Positions 48,840 to 61,041 of a stretch of 64,000 nucleotides of DNA are shown here, piece after piece. The DNA lies in contig NW_027191408.1 of assembly GCF_041146345.1 (NCBI RefSeq), positions 1-64,000 of the forward strand. The letters are read 5' to 3'. Source of the stretch: Neodothiora populina (taxonomy: Eukaryota). The notes under the pieces were generated by a model, which was not told where the DNA came from, searched no databases, and was given only the letters and a program-made list of their open reading frames with translations. The number at the start of each line of letters is the position of its first letter. Position 1 is the stretch's first letter. A program made the position numbers and the translations under genes.

Positions 48840-49395
48840 GTGTATTTCTACATACATACATACGTACAAATATATATATACGTCCAAAAGGTGGGAGGAA
48901 CGAGATAGAGGTGAGATGAGGTGAGATAGGATCAGCAAGAAGTGTGGGGTGGAGGATCAGGAGGATCACTACAGCATGCTGTACCGCACTTCGCTATACT
49001 TCTGTACCTTTGTACCACCGCTCCGTCATGGTATGCCTTGCATACCTTGGGTAAATGGTATCGTTGCCGTAGAAGATCAGGTAGGCAAAGGTAGAGTATA
49101 TAAAGGGCCTGAAACCTCGTCAAAGGTCTGTGTGGATTTCAGTCTCTCTACTCGGGATCTTGAACAGATCTTGAGGGGCGATCTACAGGACACAGGATCT
49201 CGACTCACATAGATCAAGCTGTATTATGGTTTCTCTTGGTATACTTGGGTAGTAGATTGATCGGTCTATTGGTTATCAAGGAGTAAAGATAGAGCAGTAA
49301 CAATACGCTCAAGGGGGGCTGGTAAGGCAAGGAAGAACATAACGATTGAGAACACTACAATAGTGAGTATGAACGGAATTAATAGCAGGTCTACG

Positions 49396-50971
49396 ATGAG
49401 ACGTAGCGTCACTCAGCAAGACATTGAGGCCATATCAGCCCTGTTAAGCAACAACGAAAAGAACCAGCCTCATCCCTCCGCGCCCAGATCCGCGACCCCT
49501 CCCACCCGGACTTTCCCCTCTCGATCAAACGCTGGTCGCGCGCCGCCGAGCTCCCCGCCGGCCTAGCAATCGTGCCCAAATCCGCATCCGACATCTCCAA
49601 AGCCCTAGCCTATGCCTCGCACGCGAACCTCGACGTAGCAGTCAAAGGCGGAGGCCACTCAACCGCGGGCGCGAGCAGTACCTCGGGCGGCCTACTGCTT
49701 GACCTCAGCGGGATGCGAAGCGTCAGAGTGGATGTTGAGAAGCGGCTGATCTACGCGCAGGGAGGATGTCTGTGGTCGGACGTCGACGACGAGGCGTGGG
49801 AGTATGGATTCGCTACGGTCGGCGGCACGGCTGCTGATACGGGCGTTGGAGGCCTGACGCTCGGAGGAGGCTACGGCGCTCTGTCCTCGAGGCATGGTCT
49901 CGTCATCGATTGTCTTGTTGGATGCACCGTCGTGCTGGCTTCTGGGGGGCGTAGTCACGGCATCAGAGACGCAGAACCAGAATCTGTTCTGGGCGCTCAG
50001 AGGCGCGGGACAGAACTTCGGGGTCGCGGTCGAGTTTGCGTTCAAGGTCTTTCCACAAAAGGACGTCTGGGGCGGGATGATGTTGTACCTGCCCACGGAC
50101 GACGTGCTCGAGAAGTTGGTCGAGGCGTTCAACGAGCTGTACACCGTGGAGACAGACGACAAGGGCCACAAGTCCACAAGAAGTGGTGGCAGAATGCTGT
50201 CCATGCTAGGCTTCACTAGACCCCCTACCGCAGGGGACCAGCTCATGGTCCTGACCTTACATATCTTCGACGGGCCGGAAAAAGACGCGAAGCCTCACCT
50301 CCAGGAATTCATCAACGCCGGTCCAGTCGTGAACACGATGAGCTCGATGCCATATAACCAAGTCGGCAGAATGTTAGCGCCGCCGATGGGCATGCGATGC
50401 TCGATGAAAGGCGCGGCCTTCGTCCTACCCGTCCGCACGGAATTCGTCAAAGACATCAGAGACAACTTCGAGACGTTCACTGCCCAGCAGCAAGATGCGA
50501 GCGGAAGCATGTTGATGTGGGAACTGTTCGACTCCGTCAAAACGACTGAGCTAGACAACGGATGTTTCGCCAACCGAGGCCATTATCTCAATGCTCTGGT
50601 CGCGCCGCTGTGGGGAGACGCAGCAAACGACCAGGTCTGCAGGCAGTGGGCGAGAGCCATGAGCGGCATGTTCAAAGCAGAGGCAGAGCGACAGGGTCAA
50701 CAAGCGGCAAAGGGCGTCGACAGCGGCGTCGGGATACGAGGGGACAAGGGCGCCATTTTGCTGTATGGAAACTACGACGTAAGTCCTCTCACTGTCCCCC
50801 TTCTTATCTCGATTCCATCCAAGTCCGAGTCAATACTCAACTAAGCGACGGCAATACGACGAGAAATCAAGAGACATCTTCGGCGCCAACTACGAGCGCC
50901 TGCAGTCTCTCAAAGCAAGATATGATCCCGAGAATGTCTTTGATAAGCTCTTTCCTATCACTCCTGCCTAG
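49396..50971 (+). pseudogene. FAD-linked oxidoreductase (FAD_binding_4 + BBE C-terminus), disrupted as assembled; pseudogene or assembly errors
   Basis: SIKRWS.AAE, VKGGGHS, TGVGGLTLGGG.G.L...HGL..D, LFWALRGAG.NFGV and YGNY..IFG.NY.RL..LK..YDP.NVF. There is an extra G in the G6 run at ~49944-49949, a probable frame change near 49456-49461, and the expected acceptor before CAATAC (50852) reads CGG. Confidence 0.7.
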
Positions 50972-51038
50972 GCGTAGCGTAGCCTAGTCTCCTTTGGTTG
51001 CGCGAAGCAGATACGAGGGCGCGCATTGACGAGGGAAT

Positions 51039-51071
51039 GTCCTACGCGGACGGCGCCACTGCGTATGAGCC
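51039..51071 (+). repeat. Fifth, diverged copy of the 32-bp double-hairpin motif
   Basis: GTCCTACGCGGACGGCGCCACTGCGTATGAGCC, about 45 kb from the other four copies. Confidence 0.85.
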
Positions 51072-51347
51072 AGCTTAGTCAAAAGATACCGCAGGCGAAG
51101 GGGTAGAGAAGATGACGAAGTTGCAAAGAGTTTTGCTAGAAGTGATATATAGTAGTGTTACATGATTTCCTTTTTTTCTTTGCCATTCCCTTGCTTTTCT
51201 TTGTCCTTTAGTAGACAAGCAAGCAAGCCAGACATCGAGTCAATGTGTTCCTTGAGATGGAGGCTTCCAATTGTCCGCCCCTGTGATTTTTCATTCTTCC
51301 ATATCCGTTCCCATGCATTGCTTTTCGATAGGCAGAATTCATGGTTC

Positions 51348-54300
51348 TCAAATCTCATATGGCTCTGCGAGAACCAGAATTCCATCCGCAGACGCCGTGG
51401 GCCCACCCTCTCCATCCCCACTCAGTCCGTTATTGCCACTGCCGCTGCCGCCCCAGCCCGTTGATGTTGTCGTCGCTTGTCCTGTGGCTGTCGAGCCAGC
51501 GACGCCAGAGGAAGACGAAGAAGATGTGGCGCCAAAGACCTTGATCGGTATAGCTACTTCAAAAGTCTCAGCCAGAAGTTTCTCTTTGGCGATAAGGACG
51601 ACGCCTCGGTCATCTCGTTGGACTTCTTCCAGGAGGTCGTCTTGTTGTTGGATTGCTTCTTCGCTTTCGTCCTGGTCAGGGTCGTCCGAGTCCGCTGAGT
51701 CGATGTCTTCTCTTTCGTTGTCTTCGTTGTCCCGAGGAGCATGGGTCCTTGAAGCACCGTTGAGACCTCGCGATGGATTTGTGTCTCGATCATGGCAGTC
51801 TACTTGTCTCTCATGTAGACTTCGCTCGCGCACGTGCGTTTGACCAGACTTTTCTTCCTGACCATTACGCGTACTCTGTCGTCGAGGGGGACGGGGACGC
51901 TTGGCGATGACTGCGCCCGTCTTTTCATCATACTCTTCTGCTTCATCGTCGTTGCGGTTATTCTCGTCGATGTCTGCTGCGTTTCGTCCCTCTGAGATAC
52001 CCAGTCCCACTCCTTCTTCTCGTTTCTTTCGTCGTTTACTCTCTTTCGGCGCGCGTTGTCGATACATCTGCTCGTTATCTACAACAACGCCCGCGCGACC
52101 GGTGACAAATTCGACTCTGATCCTCCACTTCAACCCCACCCCAGTAGTCTCGAATCCCGGTGTAGCACTCATGGGAATCTCGAGCCTGAACCCGGTCTGT
52201 CTGGCAAAAAGTACATTCTCGACGACCTGCGCATGACATTTACGTGTTGCTCTTGAAATTGAAGATGCCGAGCGGAGAGCCAGAGAAGGTTCGACGTGCT
52301 CAAGACTCTCGAGAGATATCGAGAGGGCATACGTTGGTATCGTCGATACTCTGGACTTCGTTCTTGACGAATGTGGCGTGTCTGGAACTGGGGGTCGGAA
52401 ATCAATCACACCTACTATCGTCTCGCCAAGTCTATATGCAGGACGGACGACACTGAAAACGGCGACGAACTGACCGGACCGTGCTATGGTGAAGCGATTT
52501 GTTGATTGCGACTGTGAAGGTTCCGACGAAGGACCCAGAGACGTAGATAGATTTGAGCGCATAATTGCCAAGTCAATCGCTGCTTTTACCGTTGACGGAG
52601 GCGTATCGTCTACCGATGACCTTCGGCGTGGCATTTGTTCTGTCGTTGGTGATAGCAGAGGCTCCGTAGTCGGACCTGATTTCTGAGCCAACAACAATTC
52701 AGCATAGTGCACTAAATCGTCTAGAGCAGCGTTGGAAGGCTGCTTCGACGGTGTGTTGGCAGAAGAAGAGGATGCTGACTCGAAATAGCTGGGAGGCAAA
52801 ATCAGCGACTGCTGCTCAGGTGTAGGGATGCTGGCCGTGCGAGAGCGGTCATGTAACAGAATATACGGCGACATGAGGTCATGGCCCAGACTCTCTCCTC
52901 GGTTGTTGACGCTGCCCAGCACGCGGAAAGGCACCTCAATATGCTTGACATTCTGATGACCGCCGAGAGTTCCAGAGCGCTGCACACCAATTTTGATGTG
53001 ATATTGCACCTTGATCGCCCTGCCCTTGTGGGTAGGAGGTAGTCCTCGCGGAAGCTGAAAACGGTAGGTATAACTCCTGCTCTGGCCTGGCGCAAGGCGT
53101 AAATCGACGAAAAGAATCGACTGTGGTGTGCTGAGAAGAGGAATAGTCTTTGTGCTGGCAACGTTGCGCATCTCCTTGATACTGCTCATCTCTCCACCAC
53201 CGAGAAGTCCACCCAGGGATTCGCCAACATTGCCCCAGCCGAAAGAGGTGAATGAGCCAAAGAAGCCGCTTTCTCGTTTCGAGCGTGACTCGATGCCGAC
53301 AACACCTCCCCCGCCCTGACCTCCAAGGACACCTTTACGCTTTACCTCGTCAAAAGGTGTCTGATTGACGAGCGAAGCATCAAGGACAAAAGAACCCATG
53401 GTCTGAGCATAGCCCATCATGAGGACTTCGGGCTCAGCGTCGGGACTGCCATTCGATCGACTACGCGAGGACTTACGACTGTTGGTGGCGGCCTTGGGCA
53501 GCAGACGAGCGCTCATCTGCGCGGGAGTCTCCGAGCTGTTTGTGTCCGAGGAATTGTTGTCCAGAGAATAAAACTCGCTACTCGTGCGAGAGCCTCCGTT
53601 CGCACTGGCTTCAGACAAGACGCGCGCGACAGGGTTAAGACTGTTCGCTGTAGTCAGTCGCTCATGCGACGTCATCCGACTGGGCTTGGGAACATTCATT
53701 GGATCTCTCGGAGGGAACTCAAAGTCAGGGGTGGTGATATGACTGACGTTCGACGGTGAAGTTCGTGGGGGAAATGCAAAGTCAGTGGCAAACGGAGGCG
53801 GCGGAGAAGAGGGCGGCAAGACAATCGCAGGAGTGTTGGGGGCTGTGCTGACACCAGGTTTTCGACGATTAGGACGGATAGCTAGATAGTCATTCTCGCG
53901 AGGTGGAAAGGAGTATGAAGCAGGCAGCGGCGGCGTACCTGCCTCAGACTCAATCAGAGGCGATGGGGGGTTCCTGGGTGAGGGGAATCCAATCATGGGA
54001 CTAGGCGCGGTGGAAGCTCGACCAAGAAGCTGCACACTGGCGGATCGCGCGTGTGTTCCATTGGGTCGGCGTCCAGTAATTGGGGGTGTTTTTTGAGGTA
54101 AACCTGGCGAGCGCATATCACTCCCACTGCCCATTGACATAATGGATAGCGACCTGCTGTGTTTCGGTCTGGGTCTAGACCCCGATGCGCCTGGCGCACC
54201 TGCCGCTGAGGATGACGAGTTGGGTGCTGCTGTTGCCAGAACAGTGCTGTGTGGTGTACTCTGAGCCGAGGCATTGCGAGCGTGAGTGACGGGACTCGGG

Positions 54301-54662
54301 ACGATACTTAGGGAAAGCGCCTGTCGATGTCCTCTCGAGTAGGAAGGAGCTCTGGAATCGGTGCCGGCGAGCGATGGGGTGGTGGAAAATTGGCCTCTAC
54401 TGACTCTGCTGACTCCACTGATTCCACTGGATTGTGTCACTGTCCGTTGTCGCTGCTCGATCCGAGGCCTCAGGCTGCCATTTGCTCTTGCATTATTGTT
54501 GTTTGCCTTGGATTCGTTCTTGTCCTTGTTGTCCTCGTCGTCGTCCGCGTCGCGCACTCTCGCCGTGTTCTTGAATGTGATGACGCATTCTATCTCCTCG
54601 CCGGAAAAGATTGTCGCTTCTTTCCATTGCACAAATGCGCGGATAGGTGAAGGTGAAGCCAT
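51348..54662 (-). CDS. RGP1: Rgp1, subunit of the Ric1-Rgp1 GEF for Ypt6/Rab6, single exon
   Basis: IFSGEEIECVITFKN, E.LMMGYAQ..GSF.LD.SLV...FDEVKRKGV, IPLLSTPQSILFVDLRL.PG and GF.T.GV.LKW.IRVEFVT motifs. Confidence 0.88.
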   Translation of the reverse strand: MASPSPIRAFVQWKEATIFSGEEIECVITFKNTARVRDADDDEDNKDKNESKANNNNARANGSLRPRIEQRQRTVTQSSGISGVSRVSRGQFSTTPSLAGTDSRAPSYSRGHRQALSLSIVPSPVTHARNASAQSTPHSTVLATAAPNSSSSAAGAPGASGSRPRPKHSRSLSIMSMGSGSDMRSPGLPQKTPPITGRRPNGTHARSASVQLLGRASTAPSPMIGFPSPRNPPSPLIESEAGTPPLPASYSFPPRENDYLAIRPNRRKPGVSTAPNTPAIVLPPSSPPPPFATDFAFPPRTSPSNVSHITTPDFEFPPRDPMNVPKPSRMTSHERLTTANSLNPVARVLSEASANGGSRTSSEFYSLDNNSSDTNSSETPAQMSARLLPKAATNSRKSSRSRSNGSPDAEPEVLMMGYAQTMGSFVLDASLVNQTPFDEVKRKGVLGGQGGGGVVGIESRSKRESGFFGSFTSFGWGNVGESLGGLLGGGEMSSIKEMRNVASTKTIPLLSTPQSILFVDLRLAPGQSRSYTYRFQLPRGLPPTHKGRAIKVQYHIKIGVQRSGTLGGHQNVKHIEVPFRVLGSVNNRGESLGHDLMSPYILLHDRSRTASIPTPEQQSLILPPSYFESASSSSANTPSKQPSNAALDDLVHYAELLLAQKSGPTTEPLLSPTTEQMPRRRSSVDDTPPSTVKAAIDLAIMRSNLSTSLGPSSEPSQSQSTNRFTIARSGQFVAVFSVVRPAYRLGETIVGVIDFRPPVPDTPHSSRTKSRVSTIPTYALSISLESLEHVEPSLALRSASSISRATRKCHAQVVENVLFARQTGFRLEIPMSATPGFETTGVGLKWRIRVEFVTGRAGVVVDNEQMYRQRAPKESKRRKKREEGVGLGISEGRNAADIDENNRNDDEAEEYDEKTGAVIAKRPRPPRRQSTRNGQEEKSGQTHVRERSLHERQVDCHDRDTNPSRGLNGASRTHAPRDNEDNEREDIDSADSDDPDQDESEEAIQQQDDLLEEVQRDDRGVVLIAKEKLLAETFEVAIPIKVFGATSSSSSSGVAGSTATGQATTTSTGWGGSGSGNNGLSGDGEGGPTASADGILVLAEPYEI

Positions 54663-55189
54663 GGCTGTTGTCTTCTCTGGCGGTTGCCGCAAAGCAAGGA
54701 GATGACGGCGACAGGAGGGCTCCTGGATACCTTGTCACTCGAGCATTCAATATCCTATCTTCGCGTCACATCTTCTGTCCTCTCTGTTCTTGCGTTTGCT
54801 AAAGCTGACATTGTTTTTGCATTTGTTGTCAGTGTGTACATGTATATTAAATGAGTACACCAACTAAGAGGTCATGCACGCCCGTATTGCCAATGCTCAC
54901 TCGGGGGTGCCGCGCGCTTCTCCGCTTACAATCAATTAATCATTAATTCCCCCCCCCTTCGACACCATTGACTTGGGGGAAACACATAACTCCGAGCATA
55001 ACTCCGGCTTGATTGAATTAGTGAGGATGGAAATAGAGGTATATGATCGCATTGATCAAGGATAGTATAGATTGTTGTATATACACGATGGCAGTGTCAT
55101 GCTTGGAGGCAAAGATCTATCGATGCTATCGTCTATAACAGATGGAAAGGCAGAAAATGCCCAGAGTGAAATCCGGAATCTATCCCACA

Positions 55190-57029
55190 TCAAAACCTCG
55201 ACAGCAACCATCCCGTCGCCGAGACACCCAGCCTCACCATCCCCAAACCAAGCCTGAATCCGCCCCAGGCGACCACACCTGCAACTCCAGAAGCAATCAC
55301 CAGCGTCTTTAGATTCCTCCATTCCACGCCCTGATACTTTAATTGTGCCTCGCCCGCCCCTCCCATTTCCGTGATCGTCTCGTACTCGGGCACGTACTTG
55401 AAGTTGAAACTGGTCATTTCGCCCTTGAGTCCGTATTTGCTCTCGACGACGATGGCCCAGAAGATGCGACGCAGCGTGTCGATCTTCCTGCGGTCCCAGG
55501 ATGGTATTGCGCGGTAGAGATAGCACCAGAAACAGAAGAACACGCACTGTCCCGCCATCAGTAGAGAGTAGTATAGACTCGGTCGGGGCAGACCCAGAGC
55601 GTCACAGAGTTTGTTGCCGTTGAGCCATCTCGCGCCTGCAATCAAGAAATCTGCGGATGCGTATCCTGGAGGTTGGTCTTGCAGACACTTGATGATGTTG
55701 TTCGCAAGCACTTGTGACGTGGGTGACGGGTGGATTTCGTAAAGTAGCAAAGACTCAAAGATACGCTTTGCTTGTGCCGTGTTCTCGAAGAAGCCTTCGT
55801 GAGGGCATCCGATGAGGTAGGCCACATAGCGCCAAAGAGCAATGTAATCTACTGCTTCTTGTTCGCGCAGGTACAGGCCCTGGCGTGGAAGACTGAGCCA
55901 GATAATCGAGGCGGAGAAGGTATCGATCGTTGCTATTGAATCAAGGTCGTTGATGGGGATTCCCCATTCTTTGACATCGTAATAACCAGGCCGGCTGGCT
56001 TCGAGCTTCATGATGCGATTTCTCACCGCAGCGTGAAGTAGCCGTACTCGAATTGTCGACGCGAATCCATCGCCACCAGGCTGAATCGACTCGAGACTTT
56101 TAGTGCATTGAAGCACATGCTGTGTGGTCTCGAACAATCGTCCTCGGGCTACCTTGGTCGAGAACCCACCGGTCCGTGCTAATGTCTCGACAACACGTGC
56201 GGCGCCCATTCCGCCAAGTAGCGATTGGTACGCAAGACCAGTTAAGTTGGCTCCTCCATAGCGATAGAACACATCCTGACCACGTGAAATTTGGTCCCAA
56301 TCGACCTGGTTAGAGGTCAGCATACACAGACTCGGATAGTGAACACGAAAATCATGTCAAGAGACTAGACAAAAACTTTACACATACCCACTCAGGCACC
56401 GTATTAAGCTCCTTCCATAACTTGCTCAAAACTTCATCCTCACCAGCATGCCGCTTCAAAAGCTCATACAAGTCCCTCGCGGGCGGTTTCTGTTTGTTCT
56501 CCTGCTTCTCAGCAGACTCATGCACATTCGCATTAGTCACAGGCACTTCCTTCTCTCCCGGCCCGTTTCCAGATACTGTTGGCAGGTCACGAGTGCTATT
56601 CCTTGGGATCTCTCCTACAGATGCGGGCGGGGCGATCTCATTCAGTCGGTTCAGTGCTGCTTCTCCTAGTTCGTCGTAGGTGTATTTTAGGGGATCGTAT
56701 TGTTTCGGAGTCAAATGTTGTGGTGTCAATTCGAACTCGTAACCCCATGCATCTGGATGTTTGCATATCAGTCGATCTGTAATATCGGCAGCGCTGCAAA
56801 CGCTCTTTGGTACGATATGCGGTATAGCCCTCGAATCATATGTTTATAGCCTTCTCTGATATGCAAATCTGTCGCCACCCGGTTCCATGAGAAGATGCAA
56901 GCATGTAGAAGTGACCACAGATAAACATGACAAAATGATGATTTCAACCACGAGAATAAATTCAGAAATCGTCAAGAACTCACTTCTAGTATTTTCTGTT
57001 TTCGTCCTGAAAGGATTTGGCCACGCCAT
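55190..57029 (-). CDS. MpaB/rubber oxygenase (Lcp)-like DUF2236 heme oxygenase with C-terminal membrane segments; introns 56753-56983, 56306-56387
   Basis: WGY.F..T..H, VPEWVDWDQI.RGQ.VFYRY, RL.ET, RVRLLHA.VR, G.PIN..D...T and YIALWRY..YL.G motifs. Confidence 0.88.
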
Positions 57030-58175
57030 GATGAAACACGCCACTCAAGATGAATCCTCCACAAGCTTTGGGGCAAATAGAGACTCGACGCGGTGAGCAA
57101 GGTCCGAGTATACCAAAAACGAATTACTTATGATCTGATCCCAGTTCAGTAAGCTATGTAATGAATATATAAGATAAGGTACAAACACAATCGACGCAGA
57201 GAATGAAGTATATACACAAGAAAAGTATAGTTAGATGGAGTCGTCTCCAGTGTTCAGGGCATGGTACAAGCGACTTATTACAGTAACAAGAGATGGGCGA
57301 AAGTCTATCTCTAAAATGGATATTAGGGTTAACGGTGTTTGTAGATGGTGAGGTCATGATACTTTTGCACAAGGAATAAAGCACAACCTTGGAATCTAGT
57401 AGCACAAACGGTTCAGGGTAAAAACTGGACCCTTGATGCCTAGGAGAAATAGTGTAGAAGTGATATAGCACAAGCCTTGTTGACAAAGGTGCACTCAAGT
57501 GATCCACAATATACTAAGTACAGTAGGTCATTTATCTTCTTGTTGCGTCACTGGCGCTTTTCTCTATAGGCGATGCCCTTCTGATTAAATGATCATTCCA
57601 GTGGGTTGCAACGCCGCCTTGTAGTCCCTTTCGAGTCCCTTCTTGCGCCCCCCGGCTGGTTGACCACTTCCTGCTCCGCCTGATCGCAGCCTATTTGTGC
57701 CCACCCGTCCCACCGAATATACCCCTGGTATCTGTCCGCCACCCATCCCACTTGAGATCGCTGAATCACAAAAGAAATTAGGTAATAAATAATATAATGA
57801 GCAGGTGAAACAAATGAGAATGTGAAATAAGAGACTCCGTTCTTGTCAAATCGGACATAGCCTCATCCCGAGTCACATATCTGCGGCCATGTTTTCGATC
57901 AGATCAAAAAGAAAAGGAGATACTGAAGAGTAAAAGTCAAAGCAGATGAATGGAAAGGAAAAAGTTGATCGAGATCATCCAAGTCATGAATTGAAATGAA
58001 ACGAATATAGAAAATTTCTTTCTCTTCTCACTGCTTCCCCAGCCATCATTTACTCGATGAACTAAGGAGTAAAAGTTTGAGGGCAGGTATTATGCTTCAT
58101 GCAGAGAGTCGCGATGCATGGTTCAAAGACGCCGTCGTACAATCACGCTATGAATAAACATGACGTTCATCCGCT

Positions 58176-61041
58176 TCAATTCGTAAGCGGGTTGGACCGT
58201 TTGAAGAACTCTTTGATTCCTCGTCGATCGCCAGAGTTGGAGGGCTCTAGCTGCACACTGCGTTCGTATAATGCCTGTAGCAAAGATGAGGTCAGCATAT
58301 GAGATATCAGAAGCAGTCCGTCTTTGATGTACTCACATCGTCGTCCTTGGTCAACGATAGGTTCAGGATAAGCGCTCTGAGCTCGTCTTGCCTGGGCGTC
58401 AGGCCCAGATTGTGATAAGGTTGTCCCTGAGCCCGCTGTATGCCGACAATGACCTCTCCCATGACCTCAAACATCTGCCAATTGATCCTGCCGTCTGTTT
58501 CACCAACGAAGGTCCTGTTACCTTCCTGCGAGCCCACGAGATCGCGTAGTGGTAATGGAACGAACGGAATGCGCTCGCCGCTGGAGTTTTCCCATGCAAG
58601 ACGGTATGCGGAATAAGATTTTGTGGGTGACATGAGGATCTCTAACTTCATCCAGTCTTTCTGGATGCCGTGGGGCAGAAGTTCGCGTGTTGCATTGAGC
58701 CGATGAATTGGGGCGCTATTGATGCCTGCTAGGAATGCGCCCAACGAGTTGTAATTGTTGAGATCGCGCAAACGTCTTGCGACTTGCATCAGCTTCTCTA
58801 GCATCAACACTCGATGCTTTGGTTTTTCTCGAAGTAATATGAAGTTTGCGACCCAATCGCGGAGATGGTTGAAGTGGTCAATCATGCGATTCACGTGTAC
58901 GAGAGATTTGCATGCAGCTTTTTGCGAGGCGGGTAGCGAAACGTGACGAATTAGATCGCGGGGCCTTATCGAACTGAACATGATCCAATCGATGCGCGTG
59001 AGTTCGCGGGCGATGATGTCGTTCGGCATATCGAGCAAAGTCCGCCAGTGCATCTTATTGATCGGCACTTTTGGGACAGGCGACAAAGATATAGATTGTC
59101 GGCGCGCTATGTCCACTGTGTGAAGCAAGCCAAAACTGGAGGGGAGAGGTGTGCCGGAGATGGTTTCGCTTGGTGATCTGGCTCTATCGAGGGACAGATT
59201 TCCCATAGTATCGCTGAACTGGAAATCGGTATCGTCAAGCATTGAGCTTGACCTCGAGTGAAGTGTTGTGCCATCGTCGAAGCCTTCTTGAAGCTCGCGA
59301 TTTTTATCGCAACAAGCCCAGTCGGTGTCATCATCATTTGCGACCACGTCGAGGTCGGCACTCATCTCACGTGCTGCGGCAGAGAAAATTCGGGTATTCG
59401 AGAGTTTGATAACAAATGTGCCCATTCTGCGACGAGTTCGAGGATGTGCGAAGTCTCCAGGGTAGGTCCCGATCCATTGTTCAATCACAGATAGGTAACG
59501 CAATTGCGATATAGTGCGGGACATGAAAGCAACTTCTGCGCTCTCAAGGGCCTCAAAGCGATGCACAATCGCCTCCAAGAGCTGCCCTGGAGCGGCAAAT
59601 TTCCTATATAGAGCCAGAAAGATGGCCCTGAAACGACTGTCTGCTTTCGTTTTGGGAAGAATAAGTAGCCGGTCAACGAGGGTGTCGAACGTGGTGCCTC
59701 TGTCATCAAGAAGCGTCTGAGAAGCTTCCATGCCCGTAATGTCATCTTCAGAGGCCGATGTGAGACCTTCCGAGTAACTAGCAGAATCCTGTGATTCGTC
59801 TAAGTTGAGGAAGGAGCGGTGCATGCCACCATCCTTGACCGGCCCATTACTTGTCTCTGCTCCCACAGTGGAGTCGTGGCGAGCATGAGGTAAATCTCTA
59901 TTTAGCACCGAGTAGTCGGAGCTCGCTCTTGAGTGGTTAGGGTGCGTGCTTGCCCGGGATATTACATTCAGTTGACCAGTGGACGAAAGTGTGCGACGGC
60001 GGAGTGCAGCCGGGCTTTTCGATGCTAGATTCCGGTTAGCCATTATTCTTTGAGATGACATTGGTGCGCGTCTTCGATAATGCTTACCTGCATTCATCGA
60101 GCATATAGTCTTTATAAGCAGCAATACTCCTTGTTTCTGCAAATCTGTATTTGAAGTGGATATTTGTAGTGTATTCAATTTCCTCAGAACAGCCTTGGCT
60201 CTTTTCTCCGTGTCGCTTGGATCGACCTGTCGCTCTGAATGGGTGGTGTCGCATTTGCATGATACGAGCACAGAGGGAAGGAACGACTTGTCTATGGCAT
60301 CTGCGCACGAAATCGGTAAGTGCCAAGTTAAGGACGATCCATGTGTCGCAAGTTCACTTACTCAGCGTTTCGGGCACATCTTGGAAGCTGGCTTTGTCGC
60401 TAATGTCGTAAAGGGTGAGTACGCCATCGACCCGAGGCATGCGACTGTCGCCGACACTATTAGGCCATTTGACCTCTCCATCATCTTCTATATCCACGTC
60501 GGCAATGGACAATTCCACCAGGCGGACTAAGCAAGGCCCATTCTCGATTGTCACTTGCTTTGTGACGATCGGCGAGGTTGGCGGCGTCGAAAGGCCAAAC
60601 GAATGGCGGATGAAGGTTGATTTGCCCACTCCAGGGGCGCCCAATACAACTAGATTGATGTCGGGAAGAGGCTCTGACTCGGTCGGCTAATTGGAGAGTG
60701 TTAGCACTAATCTAACCCATGCAGAGTAATTGGGACCAATGAACCTCTACGACTTGACAATAAGTATGTGCAGCAGCAGACAATCTACTGGAGGAAGCTC
60801 GGGCTCGTGGTGTAGTGGGAGAAGTGGGTGATAGCGAAGTGGGCGTTTTGGGGCTCTGTGGTCTGCTCCTCCGCGACCCTTCATACACAACAAAATTGCG
60901 AGCGCTACTCGATGAACTTGGTCTTTGGAAAGTCGACGTCGGACTGATTTGAGGTGACGATTGTATATGTTTCAACACTGGACGTTGCCCAGAAAGCGCC
61001 GGAATAGACTCCCGTCGGATGTCCCGTGTCCTGTTGGGCAT
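58176..61041 (-). CDS. RasGEF (REM + CDC25 domain) with an N-terminal Ras-like P-loop domain, multi-exon; start uncertain
   Basis: LVVLGAPGVGKSTFI, GVLTLYDISDKASF and LVSCKCD; FLALYRKFA.P..LL (REM); IARELT..D...F..I, NYNSL.A.LAG and IPFVPL.LRDL (CDC25). Confidence 0.85.

Noticed and set aside
57323..57331. TAACCCTAA on the minus strand, the canonical filamentous-fungal telomerase template
   Set aside because: Only ~300 nt separate it from the next gene's ATG, too little for the pseudoknot and CR4/5 domains. One 9-mer match in 128 kb of both strands is expected by chance about half the time.
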